Assembly: GCA_035478335.1 (NCBI GenBank)
Contig: DATIJS010000057.1
Coordinates: 8,143 to 72,142 of the forward strand
Source of the DNA: Candidatus Saccharimonadales bacterium
GTDB taxonomy: Bacteria; Patescibacteriota; Microgenomatia; Levybacterales; UBA12049
Direction: 5' to 3'
Length of the DNA: 64,000 bases
The first letter of the stretch is position 1; each line of letters starts with the position of its first letter. Below the pieces are notes generated by a model, which saw only the letters and a list, made by a program, of their open reading frames with translations, ran no database searches and was not told the origin of the DNA. Positions 1-9,623 of this stretch are shown here, in pieces. The translations under genes and the position numbers were made by a program.

Positions 1-347
1 CTAATTCTGACCCGATGATCATTGATTACCCGATTCCTGCAAATGATGATGCTGTGGGCAGCTTGAAATTGATAATCGGTTATATTTTCGATGCATGGAT
101 AGAGGGTAAAAAAGAGAAATCGGTTGTCGATTTGAAGGAAGCTGCTGAGAAAGAAAAAGAAGATGCGAAGATAGCAGCAGAGAAGGCAAAAGAGGAAGCA
201 AAAGCCAAAAAAACAGATACTACCTGGGCCAAAGAAATGGCAGAGACCGCAGTTTCGGCAAAAAAACCTGAAGTAAAAGAAACTCCAGAGAAGAAAGAAG
301 TAGTTAAAAAAGCTTCAGTTAAGAAAGTTGCTAAAAAGAAAGAGTAA
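1..347 (+). CDS. rpsB: 30S ribosomal protein S2, C-terminal part (gene starts before window)
   Basis: NSDPMIIDYPIPANDDA motif typical of the uS2 C-terminus, followed by a Lys/Glu/Ala-rich tail; directly upstream of tsf. Confidence 0.93.
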   Translation, partial: NSDPMIIDYPIPANDDAVGSLKLIIGYIFDAWIEGKKEKSVVDLKEAAEKEKEDAKIAAEKAKEEAKAKKTDTTWAKEMAETAVSAKKPEVKETPEKKEVVKKASVKKVAKKKE

Positions 348-349
348 AT

Positions 350-402
350 TGTCATTCCCATGAAAATGGGGAATCCATGAATCCGCATTCGCGAGGATGA
401 CA
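350..402. repeat. REP-like palindromic element (TGTCATTCCC...GGATGACA)
   Basis: Terminal IR TGTCATTC/GGATGACA with internal hairpin ATTCCCAT-GAAA-ATGGGGAAT; related copy at 10769-10834. Confidence 0.7.
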
Positions 403-414
403 TTTAATCAAGTT

Positions 415-870
415 ATGGCAAACATAGATCTAAAAACATTAAAAAAACTCAGAGACGAGACGGCCGCATCAATTGCTGACTGTCGTGCTGCTCTGGACGC
501 AACGGGCGGGGATTATAAAAAGGCACTTGAATGGCTTAAAAAAAGAGGAATTGAAAAAGCTGAAAAGAAATCTGGACGCGAGACCGGCGAGGGATTGGTT
601 GAGTCATATATCCATAATGGTGGGAAAATAGGAGTACTAGTAACTCTTCTTTGCGAGACAGATTTTGTCGCAAAAACAGATGAATTTAAGCAACTAGCGC
701 ATGAAATTGCAATGCAAATTTCAGCCATGAACCCAAAAGACACCAAAGAACTCCTAGCACAAGCTTACATAAGGGATGCAGGCATCACAATTGAACAAAT
801 GATCAAGAGCGCAATCGGTAAACTGGGAGAGAATATAACAGTTAAGGAATTCAAAAGGTTTGAGATTTAG
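415..870 (+). CDS. tsf: Elongation factor Ts (short form)
   Basis: LKKLRDETAASIADC UBA-like start, EGLVESYIH and LLCETDFVA motifs; ATG 415 preferred because ATG 397 lies inside the palindrome. Confidence 0.96.
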   Translation: MANIDLKTLKKLRDETAASIADCRAALDATGGDYKKALEWLKKRGIEKAEKKSGRETGEGLVESYIHNGGKIGVLVTLLCETDFVAKTDEFKQLAHEIAMQISAMNPKDTKELLAQAYIRDAGITIEQMIKSAIGKLGENITVKEFKRFEI

Positions 871-888
871 TTCATAAAGACAGATCTT

Positions 889-1413
889 ATGAGCACCAGC
901 TTAACAGAAAGGGAAACAGTCATTCTTCGAGAGATTGATAATCTCTTGCCTTCAGCAGAATCACCTGAACAAGATCCAAAACTTGAAAAATCTAGAATTG
1001 AATTAGCTCATGCGGGATTAATAGATGATTTAGAAGAAATGGCTGAAGGAATGCGGGGCAATAGGCATGCTGCAGTAGAAGTTGGATACGAGGTAGTAAG
1101 CGAAGGACGGTTTAACCCAATAGTAGCTCTTCGGTGGGCACCTAATCCAGAGGGCGATGGAGTATATTCCAAAGCCGTTAGAAGGGTATTGCTTTTTGGT
1201 GGCCTATGGTTAACGGAATATGCAATGAAAATTGAAATGCCTGCAGGTACCCAAACTATTTGGGAAACATTACAAGTACGCGGAGATTTAGGTGGAGAAA
1301 CAAGAAAAAGTAAATTGAGGGTTGCTATGTCATGCGCAAATGCTAAAATAGTAGACAATAGAAGATTTGAGAATGGTGTTTACATGGGAAGTCCTGGAAT
1401 AGGAAAGATTTAA
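889..1413 (+). CDS. Hypothetical protein
   Basis: 174-aa ORF tightly packed between tsf and frr; no recognised motif. Confidence 0.6.
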   Translation: MSTSLTERETVILREIDNLLPSAESPEQDPKLEKSRIELAHAGLIDDLEEMAEGMRGNRHAAVEVGYEVVSEGRFNPIVALRWAPNPEGDGVYSKAVRRVLLFGGLWLTEYAMKIEMPAGTQTIWETLQVRGDLGGETRKSKLRVAMSCANAKIVDNRRFENGVYMGSPGIGKI

Positions 1414-1419
1414 TAAATT

Positions 1420-1971
1420 ATGGATCCGTTAGTTGAATCAACAAAGCAAAGAATAGAGAAAGTACTTGATATCCTCAAAGGAGATTTGGATACTATCCGC
1501 ACAGGTCGCGCAACACCTTCACTTGTTGAAAATATCATTATCAACGCTTATGGCGGAACTGCAAAGCTCAAAGTCATGGAACTGGCAACCGTTGGGGCAC
1601 TGGACACATCAACTCTTGTTATTACCCCATACGACGCATCAATAATAGGTGAGATCCAAAAGGGAATTGAGGCAGCAAACGCCGGATTTACCCCAAATAT
1701 CGATGGAAATCTGATCCGTATAAGTATTCCGCCACTTTCCCAGGAAAGGCGTGAAGAGCTCATCAAGGCAATGCGTCAGAAACTTGAAAATGGCAAAATC
1801 ATGGTGCGCCAGGTAAGGCACGAAGCGATGATTGATATCAAAAAGGAATATGAGGGCCGTGAAGACGATGTCACGCGTCTTGAGAAAGATGTTCAAAGAG
1901 TAGTTGATGAAACAGTTGAGACGATTGAAAGTTGGGGACAGCAAAAAGAGACTGAACTTATGCAGATTTAG
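1420..1971 (+). CDS. frr: Ribosome recycling factor
   Basis: IRTGRATPSLVE, IPPLSQERREEL, VRQVRHEA motifs. Confidence 0.97.
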   Translation: MDPLVESTKQRIEKVLDILKGDLDTIRTGRATPSLVENIIINAYGGTAKLKVMELATVGALDTSTLVITPYDASIIGEIQKGIEAANAGFTPNIDGNLIRISIPPLSQERREELIKAMRQKLENGKIMVRQVRHEAMIDIKKEYEGREDDVTRLEKDVQRVVDETVETIESWGQQKETELMQI

Positions 1972-3194
1972 ACTGTCGCTGCAATTGGAAGATCGGTTGT
2001 CATTTTAGGATTATTTCCCCATTTCGGTTCCATGCTATAGATAGAGTCAAAAAATGTAAATAAAGAATCAGCCTGATTTTTTCCTTCAGACAATTCTTCT
2101 TCAGTATGATTTAAAGCAGTTGCCTTTTCTTTGTCTGTCAGAAGCTTTTTTGCATTTTCAAAGTCATCTCTCATGGTTTTTAGGTAATAATTAAGAGGTG
2201 CAACTTCAGCTGATTCATCAGGATTTTCCATATAAGTTATATCAAGAGGATTGCCGGTTGCCTGGCTTTCTGCAGCTTTGCCGGCATTAATAAGACATCT
2301 AATATCATTTTGAAATATTCCCATAAACATTTTTGCGTTTCCAACCCTTGTTGTGTCAAAAGTATAATATACTTCACCAGGCTTGCGTCCGGCTGTTGCA
2401 GTGGGTTTTCCATCCATCTGTCCTGGGGTCACATCAACCATGCGTCTTCCTGTTTCGCCATCAATCCGAGTATTGAGATCGTCAACATCCACTAACGCTT
2501 TATATGCTTCATCAACTTGCGCTTTAAGCTGATCGGTTTGGGGTAAGTTTTCCATTTCTTCATCCCGTAATCTCTTGTCCAAAACCTCAGCATCAATTAA
2601 AAGTTTTACTGATGCATAAACATCTTTTTCCTTGGCATTCTCCAAATTTCTTTTTATCTCTTCCGAATTTTTGCCCCATCTTTTCATTACCTGCTCGACA
2701 ACGTTTTCCAAATTATATGTTTGTCGTTCAGGGAGTTCGTAAGGCTCCGGTGATCTGTTGAACGGTTCAGTTTCATCACTTTTTCTTGATTCTTTTTCCA
2801 CTTGTTGCGCTGCTTCTGTAAGGAGGGGGTTGCGGTTTGCTTCTTGTGTGATTTTTTCTGCTTCACTCGCTTGAGTTTGTTCATCTGCTGATTTTAATAA
2901 TTCTTCTGCTTCTGTTGCGGGGAAGTAAGTTTTTAATGCATTACGTTCTTTTTTTTCTGCTCTTCTTTCTGCTTTTGCAGCTTTTTTTTCTACGCGTTTT
3001 ACTTTATGTCTTTCAAAAAATCCCAATTTTTCACTATCTTCATCAGCTTTGCGAAGAAGCCGTTGTATTAGGCTTTTATCTTTTTCTTTTGATTCAATTT
3101 CGAATTTTTTATCGTCAGCTACCGGATCAAATCCACTTTCGGTATTTCCAGGAATTTTAAAATTATCAAATCCACCACCGCCTCCTTCACTCAT
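1968..3194 (-). CDS. Hypothetical charged/coiled-coil protein
   Basis: 408-aa ORF, Glu/Lys rich, no recognised motif. Confidence 0.7.
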   Translation of the reverse strand: MSEGGGGGFDNFKIPGNTESGFDPVADDKKFEIESKEKDKSLIQRLLRKADEDSEKLGFFERHKVKRVEKKAAKAERRAEKKERNALKTYFPATEAEELLKSADEQTQASEAEKITQEANRNPLLTEAAQQVEKESRKSDETEPFNRSPEPYELPERQTYNLENVVEQVMKRWGKNSEEIKRNLENAKEKDVYASVKLLIDAEVLDKRLRDEEMENLPQTDQLKAQVDEAYKALVDVDDLNTRIDGETGRRMVDVTPGQMDGKPTATAGRKPGEVYYTFDTTRVGNAKMFMGIFQNDIRCLINAGKAAESQATGNPLDITYMENPDESAEVAPLNYYLKTMRDDFENAKKLLTDKEKATALNHTEEELSEGKNQADSLFTFFDSIYSMEPKWGNNPKMTTDLPIAATV

Positions 3195-3256
3195 ATACTA
3201 TTTAGACTAGCGAATTTTGCGCTTGTTTGCAACTCTGATCGTGTTATAATAAATAG

Positions 3257-4450
3257 ATGTTAATTACTGCACTTGTTTTTCTTCTTCTCCTCTCAGTTCT
3301 GGTACTCATTCATGAAGCGGGGCATTTTTTTGTCGCCAAAAGGTTTGGAATAAAAGTTGAGGAGTTTGGATTTGGTTTGCCTCTGACCAAAGCATTATTT
3401 TCAAAAAAAATAGGTGAGACAATTTATTCATTTTATCCGGCTCTGATTGGAGGATTTGTAAAGCTATACGGTGAAGATGATGCAGGGGCAGGACGTGTAA
3501 AGTTAAAAGTTAAAAGTGAAAAGTTAAAAGTTGGAGATGAAGATAGGGCATTTTATAGCCGTTCACTTTGGCAAAGAGCTGCTGTAATTCTGGCCGGAGT
3601 TGTGATGAACACGATTCTGGCTATTGTTATTTTTTACGCATTTCTCGCTGTATCCAATTTCCAGACAGTTGTTCCTATTCTGGGCGAGAATGCACCGCAA
3701 TTTATAGGAGCTGAGCAGAAATTTATACCAAAAGGTGCATCAATCGGCAGAGTTGCTCCGGGTTCTCCGGCTGAAAAGGCAGGAATTAAGATTCAATCGG
3801 TGGTGACATCAATAAATGGCCAGAAAGTTACAGGCAATAATGAATTGATTGACATAATAAACAAAAATAAAGGAAAAGAGACAACAGTTGACTGGTTTGA
3901 TATTAATGCAAATAAGAAGTTTACAGCAAATATCGTTCCAAGAGTTTCTCCTCCTAAAAATGAGGGAGCAGTCGGAATAGCGTTTGATTATAATCAATAT
4001 GATTTGGCAATCCTAAATTATGAAAAGCCGGAGAATAAAATATTTGCAGGATTTTCACATACATACAATACATTTCTTTACAATGCGGATGGAATTAGAG
4101 CGTTATTCAGTCAATCAGTCAAGGAAAAAAATGTAGGTGCAATTAGTAAAAATGTCGGAGGGCCTGTCATGATTTTCAAAATTGTTGGTGACATAATAAA
4201 AATTCCTGATGCGAAAGAAATAGTACTGCAGCTCTTGAATATGGCCGGGACACTTTCTCTCTCGCTTGCATTTTTTAATGTATTACCAATCCCCGGGCTT
4301 GATGGAGGAAGATTGTTTTTCATCGAAATTGAGGCTGTAACGCGCCGCAAATTAAATCCCAAATTTGAGTCCATCGCCAATGCGGTTGGCATGGCCGTTC
4401 TGATCGGGTTAATAATGCTTATTACTTTTAAAGATATTTTTCTAAAATAA
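3257..4450 (+). CDS. rseP: RIP metalloprotease RseP (M50, PDZ)
   Basis: HEAGH zinc motif, GGFVKLYGE, PDZ segment GSPAEKAGI, FNVLPIPGLDGG. Confidence 0.95.
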   Translation: MLITALVFLLLLSVLVLIHEAGHFFVAKRFGIKVEEFGFGLPLTKALFSKKIGETIYSFYPALIGGFVKLYGEDDAGAGRVKLKVKSEKLKVGDEDRAFYSRSLWQRAAVILAGVVMNTILAIVIFYAFLAVSNFQTVVPILGENAPQFIGAEQKFIPKGASIGRVAPGSPAEKAGIKIQSVVTSINGQKVTGNNELIDIINKNKGKETTVDWFDINANKKFTANIVPRVSPPKNEGAVGIAFDYNQYDLAILNYEKPENKIFAGFSHTYNTFLYNADGIRALFSQSVKEKNVGAISKNVGGPVMIFKIVGDIIKIPDAKEIVLQLLNMAGTLSLSLAFFNVLPIPGLDGGRLFFIEIEAVTRRKLNPKFESIANAVGMAVLIGLIMLITFKDIFLK

Positions 4451-4455
4451 ATTTT

Positions 4456-5217
4456 ATGTTTGATGCAATTGAAGCTTTATTTAAAAAACAAAATATTCTT
4501 TCCCACAAAAATCAGGGGATTGAGGTAGCGACTGTGAGCAATGCTCAGGCAGGAGTAGATTTGGCAACGCAACTCCTGGATGAATTAGTTGATAGAAAAA
4601 CAGTAATTTATCTATCAGGGGGAAGTTATAAATCACTATACGAGCGCATAGCAAAAGATGAGAATTTGCTTCCCGGAGCTGTTGGACTAATTGATGAGCG
4701 TTTTGGTCAACCACTTCATGATAATAGCAATGAGTTGATGATCAAGCAGACAGGATTAACCAGATATCTGCAAATAAGAGATATTCCATTTTATTCGGTA
4801 TTACAAGTTGATAAGGATCGGATAGAGGTTGCTCAGATGTATGATGAAAAAGTAAGATCTCTTCAGGCGATTTTTCCAAAACATATTGGTTTCCTCGGCA
4901 TCGGTCCGGATGGACATATTTCAAGCATAATTCCAAATAGAGCAGACTTTCACAATCCTTGGTTTGATAAAGAGCGAAATAATCTTTTGGTTTCAGAATT
5001 TGATGATCCCAAGAGTCACTATAAAGAAAGGGTCGGGATGACATTCCTTGGCCTATCTATGCTTGACTTTATCCTAATTATGGCTTTTGGTGAGAATAAG
5101 CAGGTTACCTTGGAATTGGTGTTCGGTGAAGGTTCTGAAGAAGATATTCCGGCAAGATTTTTCAAAAGGCCTGAGATTGCCAAGAAGACTCTTTTAATTA
5201 CCGATCAAAAAGTATAG
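4456..5217 (+). CDS. pgl: 6-phosphogluconolactonase
   Basis: LSGGS, DERF, LGIGPDGH motifs; directly upstream of zwf. Confidence 0.85.
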   Translation: MFDAIEALFKKQNILSHKNQGIEVATVSNAQAGVDLATQLLDELVDRKTVIYLSGGSYKSLYERIAKDENLLPGAVGLIDERFGQPLHDNSNELMIKQTGLTRYLQIRDIPFYSVLQVDKDRIEVAQMYDEKVRSLQAIFPKHIGFLGIGPDGHISSIIPNRADFHNPWFDKERNNLLVSEFDDPKSHYKERVGMTFLGLSMLDFILIMAFGENKQVTLELVFGEGSEEDIPARFFKRPEIAKKTLLITDQKV

Positions 5218-5229
5218 AATGTATTCCGC

Positions 5230-6699
5230 ATGAACTCTCCATTTATTTTTGTTATCTTTGGTGCGACAGGAGACCTGGCCCAGCACAAATTAATTCCGGC
5301 ACTTTTTAAGCTTTATAAGCAGGGCGAGCTGGGAAAAGATTTTTTTATTGTCGGATTTGCAAGGCGCGAGTTTAGTGATCAGCAATACGCACACATGCTA
5401 GGGGACGAATTGGAAACCCACAAAGATCCTAAATGGGCAAAATTTGCCAAAAATATTCATTACCAAAAAGGAATATTTGAAGATCCGGCTGGTTATGAAG
5501 AATTAATTGAAAAGCTAAATGTTTTTGATAAAAAAATCGGAGCGTGCATTACAAGGTTTTTTTATCTCGCAACTCCTCCGGACAACTACCTCTCAATTCT
5601 TGAAAATCTTAAAACCAGTAAACTGTCAGATGGCTGTGGTCCTGCCTTTAACAAATTATCGGGAAGCTTGCAGGAATCGGTTGGTAAATGGGTAAGAATT
5701 GCGATTGAGAAGCCGTTTGGGAGGGATTTGGAGACAGCAAAGGAGCTTGACCGGAAACTTTCGGATATTTTTGCCGAGGAGCAGATTTATCGAGTTGATC
5801 ATTATTTGGGAAAAGAGACAGTTCAGAATATGATTGCTTTTCGATTTGCCAATAATATTTTTGAGCCTGTTTGGAATAATAAACACATAGATCACGTTCA
5901 GATAACTTTTGCACAGGATGAGGGGATTGAAAAACGTGGAAAGTTTTTTGACGGGGTTGGAATTTTGCGCGACATTGCCCAAAATCATCTTCTTCAGCTT
6001 CTTGCAACAGTTGCGATGGAACAGCCCAAGAGTTTCTCAAAAGAAGGTGTAAGAGATGCTAGAGCTGCTGCTATTAAATCAATTCGGCAAATAACACCAT
6101 CAAATATAGCCAAATTTGTTGTAAGGGGACAATATAAGGGTTATAAAGATGAGAAAGATGTAAAAGAAGGATCAACAACAGAAACATTTACAGCATTGAA
6201 ATTATTTGTTGATACACCCAGGTTTGAGGGAGTGCCATTTTATATCAGAGCCGGTAAAAAAATGCCAAAAGAAGTTATCAAAATTTCAATTGTCTTTATA
6301 CAGACCTGTCATTTGCTTTTTAAAGAATACGGTTGTCCGGAAATAGGAAACGTCTTGACTATCAGAATTCAGCCTGACGAAGGCATTAAAATGAGAGTGA
6401 TTGCCAAAAGCCCGGGGAGCAAAGTTGTACTTTCGCCAGTTGACATGAGTTTTTCATATCACCAATCGTTTGGTAATTACGGCATCGATGCATATGAAAA
6501 ATTATTGCTTGATATTTTTCATGGTGATCAGATGCTGTTTAACCGTTCAGATGAGCTTGAGAGTACATGGAAATTAATTTCCAACATTTTAAAAGGTTGG
6601 GAAAAAGAAAAGTTAAAGATTCCAGTTTATAAACCAGGAACCTGGGGACCGGAAGAGGGACAGGAATTAATAGAAAATGATGGTAGGAAATGGTTGTAA
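5230..6699 (+). CDS. zwf: Glucose-6-phosphate 1-dehydrogenase
   Basis: IFGATGDLA, EKPFG, RVDHYLGKETVQN, QNHLLQ. Confidence 0.98.
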   Translation: MNSPFIFVIFGATGDLAQHKLIPALFKLYKQGELGKDFFIVGFARREFSDQQYAHMLGDELETHKDPKWAKFAKNIHYQKGIFEDPAGYEELIEKLNVFDKKIGACITRFFYLATPPDNYLSILENLKTSKLSDGCGPAFNKLSGSLQESVGKWVRIAIEKPFGRDLETAKELDRKLSDIFAEEQIYRVDHYLGKETVQNMIAFRFANNIFEPVWNNKHIDHVQITFAQDEGIEKRGKFFDGVGILRDIAQNHLLQLLATVAMEQPKSFSKEGVRDARAAAIKSIRQITPSNIAKFVVRGQYKGYKDEKDVKEGSTTETFTALKLFVDTPRFEGVPFYIRAGKKMPKEVIKISIVFIQTCHLLFKEYGCPEIGNVLTIRIQPDEGIKMRVIAKSPGSKVVLSPVDMSFSYHQSFGNYGIDAYEKLLLDIFHGDQMLFNRSDELESTWKLISNILKGWEKEKLKIPVYKPGTWGPEEGQELIENDGRKWL

Positions 6700-6746
6700 T
6701 TTAAGAGAACCACGGGTACCACAAGTATCACGGGTATTAAGGGTTT

Positions 6747-8030
6747 CTATTTACTAAATATCTTATTGAGGGCGACGAGGTATGATGCTTCTTTGAGACT
6801 GCATTTGTGTTTTACTGACTCTGCCCAGACTTTTTCAAAGGCCACAGACATCAATTTTTCAAGTCTTTTGAGAACATCTTCTTTTTTGTATTTTTTCCCG
6901 TTCAGATTTTGCTCCCATTCAAAATATGAACAGGCAACACCTCCTGAGTTGGCCAAAATATCGGGTACAATTATAACTTTTTTGTTGGTTAAGTGGTCAT
7001 AAGCTTTAGGTGTTACCGGTCCGTTGGCCATTTCGATAATTATTTTTGCTTTTATGTTTGATACATTATTTTCATTAATTACATCTTCAAGAGCGGCCGG
7101 TACCAAAATATCAACCGGAAGCTTCAGGAGTTCCTCATTTGAGATGAGTTGTCCGCCTCGCGTATCGCAAACACCACCTGCGCAGTAGCATCCGGATAGA
7201 CTACCTTTTTCCATCTTGCATTTCATAACAAGCGGAATATCCAGGGGAATTAATTCTCCGTTAGTGTCTTTCTTAATTATTCCGCCTTTTGAATCACTTA
7301 CTGCAACTACTTTAAATCCGGCTAAGGAGGCAAAATACGCAAAATAATATCCGACATTCCCAAAACCCATAACTGCAATAGTTGTTTTGGATGGATCAAT
7401 TTTTTGTTTTTTGGCAAGTTCCTTGAGCGTTACCACTCCGCCAAATCCCGTTGCTTCAGTTCTTCCTGCCAGACCTTGTTTACCTTTTCCTGTGAATGCA
7501 GCATAGAGTTGGCCTTTGGGTAGCTTGAGTTTTCTCTTTTTTGCAATTTTGATATATTCATCAACCATCCAATCCATGATTTTGGGATTGGTATTTACAT
7601 CCGGTGCAGGAATATCTTTATCAAAACCCAATACATCAAAAGTCTGTCTGACATAAATTCTTGAAATCTCCTCAATTTGGGATTCGGTCAATTCTTTTGG
7701 ATCAATTGCTATTCCACCCTTACCTCCACCCATCGGAATTCCGACAATTGCAGTCTTAAGACTCATCCATAATGAGAGAGCCATAACTTCATCTCTACTT
7801 ACTTTTGCATGGAATCTCAATCCTCCTTTGTATGGACCAAGCTTGTTATTGTGCTGACTGCGGTAGCCTTTGAAGATGGTGATTTCAGAATCAAGCAATA
7901 TGGGGATTTTTACCCGAACTACACGGTCAGGCGCCAAAAATTCTTCCAACTTGTCTTGTGGGAGTTTGTATTTTTTGCCAATTCCCAATATCTCTTCTTT
8001 TGAATTCAGGTAAATATTTGAATCATCCAT
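6747..8030 (-). CDS. gdhA: Glu/Leu/Phe/Val dehydrogenase (glutamate dehydrogenase)
   Basis: GPYKGGLRF, GGGKGG, DIPAPDVNT, GFGNVG, EMANGP, PDILANSGGV; ATG 8030 likely start (ORF extends to 8069). Confidence 0.93.
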   Translation of the reverse strand: MDDSNIYLNSKEEILGIGKKYKLPQDKLEEFLAPDRVVRVKIPILLDSEITIFKGYRSQHNNKLGPYKGGLRFHAKVSRDEVMALSLWMSLKTAIVGIPMGGGKGGIAIDPKELTESQIEEISRIYVRQTFDVLGFDKDIPAPDVNTNPKIMDWMVDEYIKIAKKRKLKLPKGQLYAAFTGKGKQGLAGRTEATGFGGVVTLKELAKKQKIDPSKTTIAVMGFGNVGYYFAYFASLAGFKVVAVSDSKGGIIKKDTNGELIPLDIPLVMKCKMEKGSLSGCYCAGGVCDTRGGQLISNEELLKLPVDILVPAALEDVINENNVSNIKAKIIIEMANGPVTPKAYDHLTNKKVIIVPDILANSGGVACSYFEWEQNLNGKKYKKEDVLKRLEKLMSVAFEKVWAESVKHKCSLKEASYLVALNKIFSK

Positions 8031-8138
8031 AATTTTAAAAGATTTAACAAGTATATACTGATTTGGCACTCTATTTCAACAAGTAAAAATTAGCTACTTG
8101 AACCAAACTTAATTTTGTGGTTAGATAAAAGTACCTCT

Positions 8139-9059
8139 ATGCAAGTTGCAATTTTAGGCCTATCAGATGCCGGCAAGATAATGCTCTCTAAATTATTAGA
8201 TGCAGGACACGAAGTGGTTGTCTGGAATAATTCAAAAGAAGAACTTGAACAAATTCGTACTGAAAAGGCTGAATTTATTGTGAATCAAAAGCTTACGATT
8301 GTCCACTCAATTGATGAAGCTCAAAATATTTTAAGAAAACCAAGAGTTTTGTGCTCTATGCAGGAGGCTGGTGAGCCGACAGAGACTATGTTATTGCAGT
8401 TAAATCAGTTTACTGAAGCAGGTGATGTTGTTATTGATGGAAGCAATTCAAATTATAAAGATACAGAAAGGCGTTTTGAAGAATTTGATAAAAGAGATGT
8501 TAAGTTTTTGGGAATTGGTCTTACCGGTGGTGTTAGTGCCGGTGAGAATGGATTTTGTCTGATGATAGGAGGAGATCCGGATGCTTACCAATATCTATCT
8601 CCGATTTTTGAGACTCTTGCTATGCCGAATGGTGCTCATAGTTATTTTGGAAGTGGGGGAGCCGGGCATTTTGTAAATATGGTTCATAGCGCAGTTGAAG
8701 AAGGCATGCTCCAGGTAGTTGCAGAGGGGATGGGGATTCTCAGAAAATCAGACTACCAGCTGGACTCTGCATATGTCGCGAATACCTGGCAGGACGGGGC
8801 TATTGTATCAAGCTTTATAGTGGATATGGCTATTGATGCATTAATTAAGGACCCAAATCTTTCGGAATTTGACGGGAGAATTATTGCTCCAAAACTGGCA
8901 AAATTGGCAAGGGAACAGGCAAAAGAGACTAGCGTTCTTATTCCCGCAATTACGCAGTCTCTGGATTTTAGTGAGAAATCACAATATGATAATGCAATTG
9001 CGCAGACATTTACTGCAAAGCTAATTCAAGCAATGAAGAGAGAAATTGATGGAATTTAA
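8139..9059 (+). CDS. 6-phosphogluconate dehydrogenase-like protein (short Gnd type), catalytic motifs degenerate
   Basis: Overall Gnd layout (PRV, VIDGSNSNYKD, GAGHFV.MVH) but KMVHNGIEY reads NMVHSAVEE. Confidence 0.85.
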   Translation: MQVAILGLSDAGKIMLSKLLDAGHEVVVWNNSKEELEQIRTEKAEFIVNQKLTIVHSIDEAQNILRKPRVLCSMQEAGEPTETMLLQLNQFTEAGDVVIDGSNSNYKDTERRFEEFDKRDVKFLGIGLTGGVSAGENGFCLMIGGDPDAYQYLSPIFETLAMPNGAHSYFGSGGAGHFVNMVHSAVEEGMLQVVAEGMGILRKSDYQLDSAYVANTWQDGAIVSSFIVDMAIDALIKDPNLSEFDGRIIAPKLAKLAREQAKETSVLIPAITQSLDFSEKSQYDNAIAQTFTAKLIQAMKREIDGI

Positions 9060-9082
9060 AAAAGAGAGTGGGTGATTTATTT

Positions 9083-9550
9083 ATGGATGATCAAAACGTA
9101 CAAACAGAACAGACGGTAACTACATCAGAGACAATTGCACCACAGGAAGTAGTCACAACAACCAAGTCGGTTGTTCCTCCTGTCGGCGCAACCGAACCGC
9201 CGCACAAAGTATTTCAAAAGAAAAAAACAATTTTCAGAGCGTATCAAGTAATTTGGTATATTTTGGCGGTTATAGAGATTTTATTGGCTTTCAGAATGGT
9301 TTTAAAGGCTATGGGTGCAAATCCTTTCAGTGGATTTGCGACTTTGATTTATGCGTTAAGCGGGCCTTTTGCGGGGCCATTTAATGGCTTGTTCAATGTG
9401 TCAGTAACAGGACAGGGTTCAGTATTTGAATGGTCGACGATAATTGCAGCTGCGGTATATGCACTAGTTGCTTTTGGGATAGTTCAGCTGATTCAAATGG
9501 TAAAACCAGTGACCAAAACAGAAGTTGAACAAAAAGTAGATCAGGTTTAA
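9083..9550 (+). CDS. YggT-family membrane protein
   Basis: LLAFRMVLKAMGANP..GFA..IY..SGPF..PF.G pattern with two hydrophobic segments. Confidence 0.75.
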   Translation: MDDQNVQTEQTVTTSETIAPQEVVTTTKSVVPPVGATEPPHKVFQKKKTIFRAYQVIWYILAVIEILLAFRMVLKAMGANPFSGFATLIYALSGPFAGPFNGLFNVSVTGQGSVFEWSTIIAAAVYALVAFGIVQLIQMVKPVTKTEVEQKVDQV

Positions 9551-9623
9551 GTTTTTGCAAACGGGGCATAATTTCTGTGTCCCGTTCTTCATATGGCTTC
9601 TTAAGTCGTGTATAATGCAATTA

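Noticed and set aside
397-414. Longer tsf start at 397 from the ORF track
   Set aside because: That ATG is part of the REP-like palindrome end; homology begins at ATG 415
5641-5680. Possible palindromic insert in zwf (CCTGC...GCAGG)
   Set aside because: Only a 5-bp inverted match in a naturally variable loop
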